Below are positions 20,090-31,464 of a stretch of DNA of 64,000 bases, one piece after another. The notes beneath the pieces are model-generated. The model did not search any database and was not told the origin of the DNA. It saw only the letters and a list, made by a program, of their open reading frames with translations. The translations under genes were made by a program, and so were the position numbers. Position 1 is the first letter of the stretch, and each line of letters starts with the position of its first letter. The stretch is from Longimicrobiales bacterium. GTDB lineage: Bacteria > Gemmatimonadota > Gemmatimonadetes > Longimicrobiales > Gaopeijiaceae. The DNA lies in assembly GCA_965249725.1 (NCBI GenBank), contig CBDFMQ010000002.1, forward strand, positions 2,688,001 to 2,752,000. The letters are read 5' to 3'.

Positions 20090-21063
20090 AGGCCCAACAA
20101 CGCGGCAGCGTTGCCCCCGTACACCCCAGCCTCGTCCTCTGTGGAGAGTCCCAGTTGAGCAATGGACGACTTCATCTTCTCGAGGCTCCCGATCATGTGC
20201 GGGTAGTCGCTGCCCGCGAGCACGTGATCGGGCCCGGCGAAATCAAGCGCCAGCTTCAAGCAGGCCGGGTCGAAGTTCACGGTATCGAAGTAGAACTGGC
20301 GGAGGTAATCGGTGGGTGGGCGGGAGATGTTCACCCGACAGCGCGGAAACGCCTCGAACCCACGATCCAGTCGCTCGGCCAAGAACGGGATCGCACCTCC
20401 GGTATGGCAGAGCGCCCAACGAATGCCGGGGAAGCGCTCCGGGACCCCCGCGTAGATCAAGTGCGCGGTGGCCAGCGTCGTATCCATGAGGAATCCCACG
20501 AGCGGCATCAGCATGTACTCTTCCATGGCCTCTACTCCCACCGGATAGGTCGGGTGGATGTAGATCACGGCTCCCGCCTCATCGGCCCGCTCGTAGAGCG
20601 GCCAAAAGCGTTCGTCCGCCAACGGTACGCCCGAAGCATTGCTGAACAGCATGACTCCCGGGAAACCCAACTGACCCAACACCCGATCGAACTCGATGGC
20701 GGCTGCCTCCGGGTTGTTCAGAGGGAGGTGGGCGAGGGGGGTGAAACGATCAGGGTGCCGGTCCCTCGCGTTCGCGAGCCCGTCGTTGATGATCGTGGCG
20801 AGCTCGGCCGCCCGGTCGGGCGACTCGATGCTCGTCCCCGGCGCGGTGAACGTGATCACCTGCCTGTCCACGCCCGCCTCGTCGAGCACATCTCGCCTGA
20901 AGTCGATATCGCGATGGCCCGGAACGATGACGTTGTAGTCACCCGGGGAATGCAGAACGGGATTCCCTTCCTCGTCCTCGGTGATCCTGAAGTTGCTGGG
21001 TCCCGAACGGATGGCGTCCAGAAACTCAGGCGGGAAGAAGTGATTGTGGAAGTCGATAATCAT
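20086..21063 (-). CDS. Amidohydrolase_2 family (ACMSD-like decarboxylase/hydrolase)
   Basis: IDFHNH, YIHP, CHTGGAIP, GSDYPH. Confidence 0.85.
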   Translation of the reverse strand: MIIDFHNHFFPPEFLDAIRSGPSNFRITEDEEGNPVLHSPGDYNVIVPGHRDIDFRRDVLDEAGVDRQVITFTAPGTSIESPDRAAELATIINDGLANARDRHPDRFTPLAHLPLNNPEAAAIEFDRVLGQLGFPGVMLFSNASGVPLADERFWPLYERADEAGAVIYIHPTYPVGVEAMEEYMLMPLVGFLMDTTLATAHLIYAGVPERFPGIRWALCHTGGAIPFLAERLDRGFEAFPRCRVNISRPPTDYLRQFYFDTVNFDPACLKLALDFAGPDHVLAGSDYPHMIGSLEKMKSSIAQLGLSTEDEAGVYGGNAAALLGL

Positions 21064-22436
21064 GCTGGGTTCTCTGGCAGAGTGCGTGTGGGCCGTGCCC
21101 AGAAACGGTAGACAGGGTAGCCGACGGCCACCATCCCGAGACCGAGGGCGCTCTCAACGGGATCATTGATGACCTGATTCACCACGATGGCGAAGGCGGA
21201 GACCGCGAACAGAGCCGGTGCCCAAGGATACCCCCATGCCGAGTACTCCCGGGTCAGACCCGGCCGTCGACGAAGTATGAAGAGTCCGATGGCCATGAGT
21301 CCGAAGAAGATCCACTCGGTGTAGACCACCCTCGTAAATAGCGCGCGATACGTGCCCGTCGCGACGAGCACGGAGGCCCACAAGGCCTGCAGCACGATGG
21401 CCCGATGCGGGGTGTGATACCGGGGATGGAGGCCACTGACCCAGTCGAACAGCATGCCGTCACGGGCCATCGCGTAGTACACACGTGGACCCGACAGGAC
21501 GATGCCGGCCAAGGCGCCGAAGGCAGAGAACATGACCAGGCCGGTCATGGCCACCCCGCCCGCGTAGCCGAAGACGGACTCCGCGGCATCCGCCGCCACA
21601 CGCTCGGAGACGATGACGGTCTCCAGGGGCAGCACATAGAAGTAGACGGCATTCAGCGCGACGTAGCAGATGGTGACGGTGAGCACGCCCCACGCCAACG
21701 CCCGGGGAATGGTCCGAGTGGGGTCCACCGTCTCCTCGGCGTTGTACGTCACCATGTGCCATCCGCCGAAGGCGAAGAGCCCGGCCACGAGTGCCAAGAG
21801 GAAGTCGGAAAACGTGCCGCCTCCTAGAAGGCCCCCGGCTGTCGCCGATTCCGCCGCACCGACCAATCCCGAGGCTCCGACATCGGCAGCGTCCGGTGGT
21901 GACCCCAAGGAGAAGCCCAGGGCCACGATCAGGACGATGGCCAGGACCTTGATGAACGTGAAGGCGGCCTGCAGGTCGCTTCCCTGCTTCACACCGACGT
22001 AGTTGACGGCCGATATCGCGAGAATCGCGGAAATCGCGACCGCCCGCGTCCCGACGGGGCCCAACTCCACCAGAAAGCCGACATAAAAGGCGAACACCAT
22101 GCCGATGGCCGCGATGATTCCGGAATGCATGGTCCAGAACATGGCCCAGCCCCAGAGGAAGCCCAGCCAGCCTCCGAAAGACTCCCTCAGAAAGGCATAC
22201 ACGCCTCCGCTCTCCGGGAGAGTCGAGGCGAGTTCGGCCGTGACGAGAGCGCCGATGAGCGTGAGCCCACCCGCCACCAACCAAACCAGGGCGGCCCCAG
22301 TGAGCGAGGGCACCCTCCCGGTGACCTCAGAGGGTTGTACGAAGATCGCTGTGCCGATGATGGTCCCCACGACCATGGCTGTGGCGTGAGGAAGGCGAAT
22401 CGCCCGAGACAGCCCGGCTCCGGGGTGTTCGCTCAT
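21060..22436 (-). CDS. APC family amino acid permease
   Basis: GTIIGTAIF, GGVYAFL, AFGGW, PRVYYAMARDG. Confidence 0.9.
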   Translation of the reverse strand: MSEHPGAGLSRAIRLPHATAMVVGTIIGTAIFVQPSEVTGRVPSLTGAALVWLVAGGLTLIGALVTAELASTLPESGGVYAFLRESFGGWLGFLWGWAMFWTMHSGIIAAIGMVFAFYVGFLVELGPVGTRAVAISAILAISAVNYVGVKQGSDLQAAFTFIKVLAIVLIVALGFSLGSPPDAADVGASGLVGAAESATAGGLLGGGTFSDFLLALVAGLFAFGGWHMVTYNAEETVDPTRTIPRALAWGVLTVTICYVALNAVYFYVLPLETVIVSERVAADAAESVFGYAGGVAMTGLVMFSAFGALAGIVLSGPRVYYAMARDGMLFDWVSGLHPRYHTPHRAIVLQALWASVLVATGTYRALFTRVVYTEWIFFGLMAIGLFILRRRPGLTREYSAWGYPWAPALFAVSAFAIVVNQVINDPVESALGLGMVAVGYPVYRFWARPTRTLPENPA

Positions 22437-22445
22437 AAGGGCGCC

Positions 22446-23702
22446 CTAGATAATCTCTGTATCTACGTTTGTCTCACCCTCCGAGCGCGCAATGATCGCC
22501 GCGCCGCATGAGTCGCCGAACACGTTGACCGCCGTGCGATACATGTCGAGCGGCCGGTCGATCGCGAGCATCGAGCCGACGATCGCGTTCACTTCCGGCC
22601 CCCCCAGGCCGATCTGGCCGAGAACGATGAAGATGATCACGAGGCCGGCCGAGGGCACCGCGGCCGCACCGATCGATGCGGCCAGCGCGGTGAGAACGAC
22701 GACGGCCTGCGTGGCGAGCGAGAGTTCGAACCCGAGCACCTGGGCGATGAAGAGCGCCCCGACGCACTCGAAGACTGCGGTACCGTCCATGTTGACGGTC
22801 GCGCCCATCGGGAGCACGAACGAGGTGATCTTGTTCGAGACGCCGACTTTCTCCTCGACGGCCCTCATCGTGACGGGCAGCGTGGCGCCCGACGAGCTGG
22901 TCGAGAAAGCGATCAGGAGCGGCTCCCGCATATTCGCGAAGTGGATCCGCGGCTTGATCCCTCCGAGGAAGATGAGGAGCAGCGGGAGCGTGACGAAGAG
23001 ATGGATCGAGACGCCGGAGAAGATGGTGATCGCGTAGAGGGCAAGCGGCCGAAACGCATCGAAGCCGGTGGTCCCCACCATCCTCGCGATGAGCGCGAAG
23101 ACGCCGATGGGGAGGAACTTTATGATGCCCGACGTGAGCACCATCATCGCGTGGAAGAGCGCGTCGAAGGTGTCCGTGAGGAGCGTGCGGGCTTTCCCCG
23201 GTAGCGTCGCGATCGAGGCGCCGAAGACGATGCAGAAGAAGATGACCGCCAGCATGTCTCCGGCCGCCGTCGCCTGGATGAAGTTCTCCGGGACGATGTC
23301 GAGCAGTAAGTCGACCGGGGAATCGGGCGTCTGCAGCTCCGGCAGCTCTCCGGCCGCGACGTCGACCATGTTCGCGCCCACTCCCGGCCGGATCAGGTTG
23401 ACCATCATGAGCCCCACCATCGCCGCCAGGAAGCTCGACAAGACGTAGTAGCCGAGTGTCTTGCTGAAGAGCCGCCCGAGCGCGCGACCGCCGCCTACCG
23501 ATGCCACGCCCGAGATGATCGACGTCAGCACCAGCGGCACGATGATCATCCGCAGCAGCTTCATGAAGAGGTCGCCGATCCAGCCGAGCTGATCGGCAGC
23601 GGGCGCGCCGAAGATGGCTCCGGTCATAGCGCCGAGGCCCATCGCGACGAGTACCTGCCAGTGAAGCTGGCGGTACCAGGGTAGGTCCGGATTGTGCTCC
23701 AT
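22446..23702 (-). CDS. Dicarboxylate/amino acid:cation symporter (DAACS)
   Basis: FSTSSSGATLP, GATVNMDGT, DMYRTAVNV. Confidence 0.9.
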   Translation of the reverse strand: MEHNPDLPWYRQLHWQVLVAMGLGAMTGAIFGAPAADQLGWIGDLFMKLLRMIIVPLVLTSIISGVASVGGGRALGRLFSKTLGYYVLSSFLAAMVGLMMVNLIRPGVGANMVDVAAGELPELQTPDSPVDLLLDIVPENFIQATAAGDMLAVIFFCIVFGASIATLPGKARTLLTDTFDALFHAMMVLTSGIIKFLPIGVFALIARMVGTTGFDAFRPLALYAITIFSGVSIHLFVTLPLLLIFLGGIKPRIHFANMREPLLIAFSTSSSGATLPVTMRAVEEKVGVSNKITSFVLPMGATVNMDGTAVFECVGALFIAQVLGFELSLATQAVVVLTALAASIGAAAVPSAGLVIIFIVLGQIGLGGPEVNAIVGSMLAIDRPLDMYRTAVNVFGDSCGAAIIARSEGETNVDTEII

Positions 23703-23899
23703 CGTGTTCGACCCTTTAGGTTCGGGGGGTCCCTGGGACTGGTGGGCCGCAAGAATAGGCGGCGCTCACGCCTCCAGACAACTCGCTCTTCTGGGTGGGC
23801 CTCGACATATGGCTGGCTTTCCTGGGGTACTGAAGCTCGGAAACTCGCCGAAGATAGACCGTGTCCGGGACTCCCGACAACCACTCGTGTCGGGGTGCA

Positions 23900-26242
23900 C
23901 TAGCCGGCCAGGCGGATCAGTTCCTCCCTGGCCCGATCCATCTCGTCCTCCACCCGCAATCCGTCGTCGGCCCCTTCGAGGAGGCTCAGGAATCGAGCAT
24001 ACGACTCGCGTGCCCCCGTCCTTTCGTCGATCCGCTCCAGTGCGCGGCCCAGCTCGTAATGTCGGAGTACCTCGTAGTGTAAGTCCGGCCAGAGCACTTC
24101 GTGAAGCAGACGGCGTCCCTGGTCGGCCGTGGGGCCCCATGACGCCATCGCCGCCACAAGCCGAAAGGAGAGTGCAGCCCCGGCTCCCATCGCACCGAGG
24201 GCATCGGTCGGAGCCGTGTTCACGCCGGCGGGTGTCCATCGGCCTGCCCGCTCGAGTCCACTCTGCAGCCTCTCGATGGCGGCCGCCGTGTCTCCCCTTT
24301 GGAGCAGAACCCACCCCCGGGAGGCGTCCAGCAGGCCGGAGGCCACCGTCTCGAGCTCGCCAGGGAGATCATCCGCCTGAAGGGCGTCCAGAGCAGCCTC
24401 GCCCCGCCTGGCGTCTCCCGAGGCCAGATAGCTCAGCACCTGGACGAACCGCGTCTCCCACGGCGGCAACGAGCCGACTCCCCCGACGTCACCCGGGACC
24501 CCAGCCTCGAGGCCACGCATCACCTCTCCCGGATCGATAAAGCCCGCCACGGCCGGATAGTCCGTCAGGTGCCCCCGGATCACGTGGGTCGGCACGACAT
24601 CCAGACGGGTCGTGTCGGCGGCCTCCGCCATCTGACCCGTGGTCGTGAGGAGAAGAGTCCGAATCGCCCAGAGGGCCACCTTCCGCTCGGCCGGCACCAA
24701 CGGGATGACGGCGTCGAGGCCACCACTGAAGTCGGCGGGACTGCCGATACCCACCCTGTACGACCCTACCGTATAGGTGAACGCCGAACCCACGTCGGCC
24801 ATGAGCTCCCGAGCGACGGCGGCGCGGGTCTCGGGCGCGTCCCAGAGCGCCGTTCCGACGCGCCGGAGGTCCGAAGCCTGCCGTAGCCCCGTCGCCTCAG
24901 CCGTTACCAGGTAGCGCTCGAAGCGGGCCTTGTCACCGAACTGCAGTGCCGTCTCGATGGGGTGAATCAGGCCCGCGGTCATCGTCGGGTCGAGGGCCAA
25001 GAGGCGCTCCACAGGATCCATGAGCTCTTCTAGCCCCAGTCCGAAGAGTGGGCGCTGATGGAATCCGATCTCGGCAAGCAGATGCAGCGCCTCGAGGTCG
25101 TCGGGATAGTCCTCGAGGATCGCCTGGAGCGTATCCGCGGGAGCGCGGTCGCTCGCATCCTGATCCATCTGCCAACGGGCGACAACGACGCGGCGCTTGC
25201 GTGCCGGAAGCCGCTCGGAGAGCCGATAGGCGGCATCCGCACTGAGCCTGGCATTCTCCGTGAAGACTCCGTCGGCCCAGCCATACGTGTCGGAGAGGCG
25301 GGCGTAGGCCAAGGCGAACGTGGTGTCGGCTCGCACGGCCCGAACAAAGGCGTTGGCGGCGGCCCTCCACTGGCCTCGTCGGAACACAGCCTCCCCTCGG
25401 AGATAGTGGTTGAGAGCCTCAGGGCTACTCGTCGTCATGGCGCCGACGTCGACATACGGCGTCGGCCGGGAAGACCGCCAGATATCGTCTATCAAGGCTC
25501 CGGACAGACGATTCAGGAGGGCCGTCAGGTCATCCGCAGACCCTGCGGCTAGGGCCTCGCCGATCTTCCAGCCGTCCGCCCGGTGGAGCGTCGCCGAGAC
25601 CTCGAGAGTCGTACCCTGAGCCGCGACGCTCCCGGTCAGAACGGAGCCGGCCCCCACGTCGCGCGCCAAGGCGAGGGCTGCAGGCAGATCTCCGGGCCGG
25701 CCCGTCTCGCGGTGGCGCCCCAGTACGATTCGGCTGTTGGCGGTCCTGATGACGCCCGTTCCCTCGAGGCTGAGCATCAGGAGGTCGGGTACCCCCTCGG
25801 CGAGGTGGTTGGCCCCCTCGCCCGAAACCGTGAACGGCAAGACCGCCACGACCTCGGCGCCTCTCGCCACGATGCCGTTCCTCGGCTTGACCCACCACAG
25901 CGCAACCCCGAAGAGGGCGACGCCCAATACGAACGCATCGAGGTATCCTGCCACCCGGGGAGGGCTCTTCCATACCTCAGGGAGCCTGTCCGCCCGGCAC
26001 ACTCCGGTTGTCGTCCAGACAAAGAACCAACTCAGGATCAAGACCGCGGGGAGTCCGATGGGCAACAGGATCGCGACCGCGTCCAGCACCCAGAACGGCA
26101 TTTGGAAGAAGACCGTAACGAGGTCGGCGGCCTGATAGAGGGCCAGAGCGGCTACCCCGTAGGCCAAAGCCACACGGGTGACACCTCTCTTGTGCGCCTC
26201 CAGGAGGAGGGCGGGAACTCGCGACCTGGTGGGCTCCGGCAT
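23900..26242 (-). CDS. Membrane-anchored TolB-N-like/TPR protein
   Basis: N-terminal [13 protein letters not shown] module, [35 protein letters not shown]. Confidence 0.7.
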   Translation of the reverse strand: MPEPTRSRVPALLLEAHKRGVTRVALAYGVAALALYQAADLVTVFFQMPFWVLDAVAILLPIGLPAVLILSWFFVWTTTGVCRADRLPEVWKSPPRVAGYLDAFVLGVALFGVALWWVKPRNGIVARGAEVVAVLPFTVSGEGANHLAEGVPDLLMLSLEGTGVIRTANSRIVLGRHRETGRPGDLPAALALARDVGAGSVLTGSVAAQGTTLEVSATLHRADGWKIGEALAAGSADDLTALLNRLSGALIDDIWRSSRPTPYVDVGAMTTSSPEALNHYLRGEAVFRRGQWRAAANAFVRAVRADTTFALAYARLSDTYGWADGVFTENARLSADAAYRLSERLPARKRRVVVARWQMDQDASDRAPADTLQAILEDYPDDLEALHLLAEIGFHQRPLFGLGLEELMDPVERLLALDPTMTAGLIHPIETALQFGDKARFERYLVTAEATGLRQASDLRRVGTALWDAPETRAAVARELMADVGSAFTYTVGSYRVGIGSPADFSGGLDAVIPLVPAERKVALWAIRTLLLTTTGQMAEAADTTRLDVVPTHVIRGHLTDYPAVAGFIDPGEVMRGLEAGVPGDVGGVGSLPPWETRFVQVLSYLASGDARRGEAALDALQADDLPGELETVASGLLDASRGWVLLQRGDTAAAIERLQSGLERAGRWTPAGVNTAPTDALGAMGAGAALSFRLVAAMASWGPTADQGRRLLHEVLWPDLHYEVLRHYELGRALERIDERTGARESYARFLSLLEGADDGLRVEDEMDRAREELIRLAG

Positions 26243-26401
26243 CCCTCCAAGGTAACCCCTCGTCTCGCGGCGCTCCGAGGCTCGCTGCATGTTGTCGGGT
26301 CGCTCCCCGACGACGAACGCCAGTGGGGGCAATGGCCGGACTGCCTGTTCCCGGCGTCGCATCGGGCGGGGGCGTCGGTCCGTATCATGGAAGGAGAGCA
26401 C

Positions 26402-28135
26402 GTGAGCCCAGCCATACTGGCCGTCCTGGCCGCCCTACCGATTCTCCTGGGCGGAGTGCTGCTCGTAGGGTTCCGGGTCCCCGCCAAGTGGGCCATGCCG
26501 CTCGTCTACGTGACGGCGGTGGTCATCGCCTCAGGCGTCTGGAACATGTCGACCGCCGACGTGGCGGCCTCCTCCGTGCAGGGGCTGTTTCTCACCTTCG
26601 ACCTCCTGCTGATCATCTTCGGCGCCATTCTGCTCCTGAACACCCTCGAGCGGTCCGGTGGGGTCGCGGCGATCCGTCGGACGTTCCACGGTATCAGCGA
26701 CGACCGGCGGATCCAGGTGGTGATCATCGCGTGGCTCTTCGGCTCGTTCATCGAGGGAGCCGCGGGCTTCGGCACTCCGGCAGCGGTCGCGGCACCCCTC
26801 ATGGTCGCCATGGGCTTTCCCGCGGCCGGCGCCGTGATGATCGGGATGATGATCCAGAGCACGCCCGTAACGTTCGGAGCCGTCGGCACGCCGATTCTCG
26901 TCGGTGTGCAGGGCGGAGTGGCCAGCCCCGAGTTCACTGCCGCCCTGGCGGAGTGGGGAGTCAGCCTGAACGACTACATCCGGGCCGTGACGATCCGAGC
27001 TGCACTCCTCCACGGGATCACCGGGACGCTCATGCCCACGTTCATGGTCGTGATGATGACCCGATTCTTCGGGGAGAAGAAGTCATGGACGGAGGGCCTC
27101 TCCATCGTTCCCTTCGCCCTCTTCGGGGGCCTCGCATTCACGGTGCCCTACGTGCTGACCGCCTGGCTCCTGGGACCCGAGTTCCCCTCCCTGTTGGGTG
27201 CCCTCCTCGGCCTTGCCGTCGTCTCGTTCGCAGCCCGGAAGGGCTTCTTGGTGCCGTCCGACTCCTGGGACTTCCCGGATCGCAGCGCCTGGCCCGCCGA
27301 GTGGGTGAGCGGCCTCGAGGTCGTGGCCGAGGAGGAGGGCGAACACCCGGAGATGTCAGGGGCGAAGGCGTGGCTCCCATACCTGCTGCTGGCGGTCCTG
27401 CTAGTGCTGAGCCGACTCCCCTGGCTGCCCCTCGGGGCCGCGCTCCGGAGCGTGAGCATCCAATGGCCCGACATCTTCGGGACGAGTGTCAGCGCCACGA
27501 CGACCCCCCTCTATCTACCGGGAACGATTCTCATCTTCGTGGTGGGCATCACCGCGCTTCTCCACCGCATGAGCGTGGCCGCCCTCAAGACAGCCCTGGT
27601 GGACTCCAGTCGCGTGCTGCTCGGGGCCGGCTTCGTGCTCGTGTTCACGGTGCCCATGGTGCGCGTCTACATCAACTCCGGTGTGAACGCCGCGGGGCTG
27701 GCGTCGATGCCCCTGACGATGGCCGGATGGGTAGCCGACAACGTAGGGGGCATCTGGCCGCTCTTCGCGGGGGTGACCGGGGCGCTCGGGGCCTTCATCG
27801 CCGGATCGAACACGGTGAGCAACCTAATGTTCGCGGCGTTTCAGCACGGAGTGGCGACGAGCCTGGCCATTTCGAGCTCGATGATCGTAGCGCTCCAGGC
27901 CGTGGGAGCCGCCGCCGGCAACATGATCGCCATTCACAACGTGGTGGCGGCCTCGGCGACGGTCGGACTCTTGGGCTGAGAGGGGTCGACCCTGCGCAAG
28001 ACCATCCTTCCCACGCTGTACTATCTGGTGGTCATAGGGGTCTTGGGCCTCCTAGCCGTGTACGGACTCAGGTTGGCCGGGCCGCTCTGGGCGGGAGTGA
28101 CACTAAACCCTCCGGCAGGCGCCTTCGATCCGTAG
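26402..28135 (+). pseudogene. lctP: L-lactate permease with in-frame TGA at 27977-27979
   Basis: [41 protein letters not shown]; permease-like frame continues EGSTLRKTILPTLYY after the TGA. Confidence 0.8.
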
Positions 28136-29203
28136 GCTCGAACGCCTCTCCGAAGAGATGATGTCGTAGAAGTCGTCCACGTACTTGAGCGCGCTCGTCT
28201 TCTTGTCCTCTTCGAGGCCCTCCACACCCACGTAGATCTCCTCGATCTGCGGGCGGAGGTCGTTGAACTCCGAGTACATGGTGGAGAAATCCACTTCGGG
28301 TCGGCAGAAGCCGCGATACATCCGGTTCTTGATCGTCTGAAGACCGAGTCGCTCATCGGGTTTGGCATAGGACGCCGCCACCAGGCCGGTGAAGTCGAAG
28401 TCGTACGGGATCGGGATGTAGATACCGTCGCTGTTCCGAAGCAGCTTCACGTTGTGGAAGTAGACCATGTCCCAGTCGGTATTCCCGACCATGTACTGGA
28501 AGAGCGCCATGCGCGCCGAGGCATCGGCATTCAGATTCGTCGGGTGGACCTGCGGCACATCGAGCATCATGCCACCGACCCGCTGCGCCACTGCCTCTTT
28601 GTCTTCGATGAAGAACGCGTACCGGGTCAGTGGTTCGTCCTTGCCTCGGGCGTCCACATAGGTGATCCGCGCCAAACGCACCCGGAAGCTGTTGTCCGTC
28701 AGCACATTGTAAGTGCGGTAGGCCAAGTATTCCTCGATGACGTTCTGCTCGTCACTGTCTCGGTCACGGCAGTGACTGACCAGCTTGATCTTGTCCTCCC
28801 CGTCGAACACGGTCCCGCCCATGGACTTCTTGGGGAGGTTGATCTTGAGAGGGGGGAATCGGCACGTCTCGAGCCTGAAGTGCCCTCGCGTTTTCACCTT
28901 GATGTCGATCGCACGTGGCTGGCCGTCGTCCGACGTCACGGTGAGAATCGCAGGCCGGTACTCGGGGTCCAGCCCCCGGTCCGCCTTGAGTTTGACGAAG
29001 TTGGTTTCGAGCGAGAGCTCGATCACCTCATGGGAGTTGAACAGGTCCGATTTCGGCGTCTGTACACTCGCCAGGTCCTGAGCTCCCAATCCTCCGGCCA
29101 AAGCCAACACCAAGGCGGGCAGTATGGACAGGAGGGCCGGTCCCACACCACGGAACCGTCCCTCCTTCAAACACGCATACATCCAGAGTCCTCCCGTCAT
29201 CAC
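28103..29203 (-). CDS. Secreted hypothetical protein, CotH-kinase-like motifs
   Basis: KTRGHFR, EYLAYRTYN, FQYMVGNTDW, HNVKL, IPYDFD. Confidence 0.55.
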   Translation of the reverse strand: MMTGGLWMYACLKEGRFRGVGPALLSILPALVLALAGGLGAQDLASVQTPKSDLFNSHEVIELSLETNFVKLKADRGLDPEYRPAILTVTSDDGQPRAIDIKVKTRGHFRLETCRFPPLKINLPKKSMGGTVFDGEDKIKLVSHCRDRDSDEQNVIEEYLAYRTYNVLTDNSFRVRLARITYVDARGKDEPLTRYAFFIEDKEAVAQRVGGMMLDVPQVHPTNLNADASARMALFQYMVGNTDWDMVYFHNVKLLRNSDGIYIPIPYDFDFTGLVAASYAKPDERLGLQTIKNRMYRGFCRPEVDFSTMYSEFNDLRPQIEEIYVGVEGLEEDKKTSALKYVDDFYDIISSERRSSLRIEGACRRV

Positions 29204-29326
29204 CCATCACTCCAAGATCCACATCGCCATCCACCACCCTGAGTTCTACTACGGATCCTCGGGACAACTGTTTCAGGCCGTCACCCGCGCGGCGCAGGGG
29301 AGCCATGTCAGCGCAGCGGAGCAGCG

Positions 29327-30043
29327 TTAGTCGAGTCGCTTCACCAGTTTCTTGAGTCCGCGAGTATAGCTCGCGTGTTCCACCTCGAGGTGATGGCGGT
29401 ACGTCTCGTGATAGCGAACGCCTCCGCTCAGATCCTCTTCGGGCGACCGCTTTCTTCGCTTGAGCCAGGGGTTCATCGACCCCCTGCCCCACCCCGAGGC
29501 CAGGTAAAGGGCCATCGCGCGACACTGCCAATGGACGATCCCGAACTGTCCGCTGTCCGGCTGGATCAGCCCGACCACGAAGAGGTTGTCGCGCTCCGGA
29601 TGGAAGACGTGCTTGTAGAGGTGCGGGCGCCCATCCCGCCAATTGAGATGACCCTCGTCCATAAACGGAAACGTGATGAGGTACCCGGTGGCCGAGATGA
29701 GGAGATCGATGGCCTCCGACGTCCCGTCCGAGAAGTGGATTCGATCGCCACCCAGCCGCTCGAGGCCGGGCTTCGGTGTGATCGCTCCGTGCTGCACGAA
29801 GTAGGGCAGGAGCGTATTGACGATGGGGTGCGACTCGAAGAGCCCGTGGTCCGGCTCAGGAAGTCCGAGGTCCTCGTGACGTCCCATGAATAGGCGCAGG
29901 GATATGTTCGCGATGAGCCTCTGCACTCTCATGGGAATCCGAAGGGCGTGCATCAGGCTCGCCACTTGATCCGAGGGCTTACCCCAGAGGTACTTGGGAA
30001 TGTAGTGATAGCTCCTCCGAGTACTGTGGTATGCTGCCTCGGC
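29327..30043 (-). pseudogene. Flavin-containing monooxygenase, 3' half (split by element)
   Basis: AEAAYHSTRRSYHYIPKYLWGKP...ATGY...FPF...LYKHVF. Confidence 0.9.
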
Positions 30044-30553
30044 AGAGTACAGATGCTGTGAATCACGGCAAGGAATCGTCTAAGTTGAACTAGGACTGCA
30101 CGATCTGCCATTCTTGCCGTTGGATCATTTCTGACTCCACCGGATTGAAATAGCCGGGGAAACGGCATCGAATGGCGGGAATCGGGGCGTCCCTTGGCTC
30201 CTGGGGGCGGGGACTCGTCGCGCAAGCCATGGACCACCCGAATCGCCGAATCTGGTTCGGGGCCGTGACAGTGCCCAAAAGAGCTTCCAAGCACGCCCTG
30301 ATACGCCGCCCGGAACCCTCTGTCGTCCCCTACCACCTCCGAAGATCCATCCCCTCGGGACCGGTGCAGGAGCTCGGGCTCACTTGTCGTTGGACGAGAC
30401 TGGGGGTTGCGTCCTCGCCGGTCCGACAGGTTGACTTGAAGTTCAAGACTACCCATCGGACTACCGCCCAGACAGGGAGATACGGGGTCCGATCATCTTG
30501 ACCCCAGGGACGCCTTGGCGTCCCTGTATTCTTGGGGAATCAATCCGGACAAT

Positions 30554-31125
30554 ATGCCCGAGGCAGATCACTCTGCTGATGCTCGCCACCGCGTTCGGGT
30601 GTTCGTCGACTTCTGGAACTACACCCTCCACATGCGGGCCGTTGACGACCCGTTCCGCACGGACTGGTCACAGTTGGGGCCGGTGCTGTCGCGCGCCGCG
30701 GCTGAGGTGGTCGATCCGACCGCGACGGGCGAGTATCAGGGACTGAACTTCTACGGCTCCTACAACCCGGCCAGCGAAACCGACCGACAACTCCACCGAT
30801 GGGCAACGGGAGTCGTGGACACGTTTCCGGGGGTGAAGGTGTCAATAGCTCCCCGGCAGAGGAAGCGTTCGCCACCGGCGTGCCCCAGTTGCCACCAGCG
30901 GCTGACCACATGCCCGTCGATAACTACGACATTGCAGTGCTGGTCTCGTCCGACCGGGACTTCGTGCCCGTGGCCGAATTCCTTGAGACCCGGGGTGTCA
31001 AAGTGATCCATGGTGCCTTCCCGCCGATGGGCTCGCAGCTGACGGCGCGGTGCTGGGGAAGTGTAAACGTCCCACGTCTGCGGGAGAAGTTCCGTTTCAC
31101 CCGGGCAGCACGCGGCGGCACCTGA
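30554..31125 (+). pseudogene. NYN (LabA/DUF88, PIN-like) protein with Zn-ribbon, deletion/frameshift near 30916
   Basis: VFVDFWN...CPSCH..TTCP in one frame and DNYDIAVLVSSDRDFVP...RGVKV in another; the EKGVD segment is missing. Confidence 0.8.
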
Positions 31126-31464
31126 CGGCAGGAACAGAAACCGGGAAGGTCACTTTCCATGCAGGTGGACCCGGCGAGGTCGCCCGAGCGATGAGAGCCC
31201 GGTACGGAGCCGCGGTCCGCCCGGCGGTCGGATCTGACCGGATGGGCGGCTCGCCGCCAAGACGGTCCTCCACCTCCACTTCCGGCTTGCGCGACGGTCG
31301 GCGAACCGCGCCGCGGGAGGCCGCGGCAAGGCCGGAGGTCCCCATGGACGAACGAGGACGCGGCGCAAGCCCTTGTCGGGGAGGCACAGTACCGATGGGG
31401 TAATCCACGGTGCCGTGTGGCAAGGCCGGCGTTTCCGGTCCCGGAATGACGCTCGAGGCGGGGC

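Noticed and set aside
22446..23702. DAACS gene as a recent horizontal acquisition (high GC3 by eye)
   Set aside because: No mobility signals, and I could not quantify the composition
25583..26401. N-terminal extension of the 798-aa lactate permease ORF
   Set aside because: Antisense to the TPR gene; the likely start is GTG 26402 after AAGGAG
27977..27979. Selenocysteine or alternative genetic code
   Set aside because: Not a Cys-equivalent position, and TGA terminates many other genes normally
31097..31464. C-terminal extension of the 1448-aa ORF
   Set aside because: Out-of-frame readthrough after the barrel frameshift
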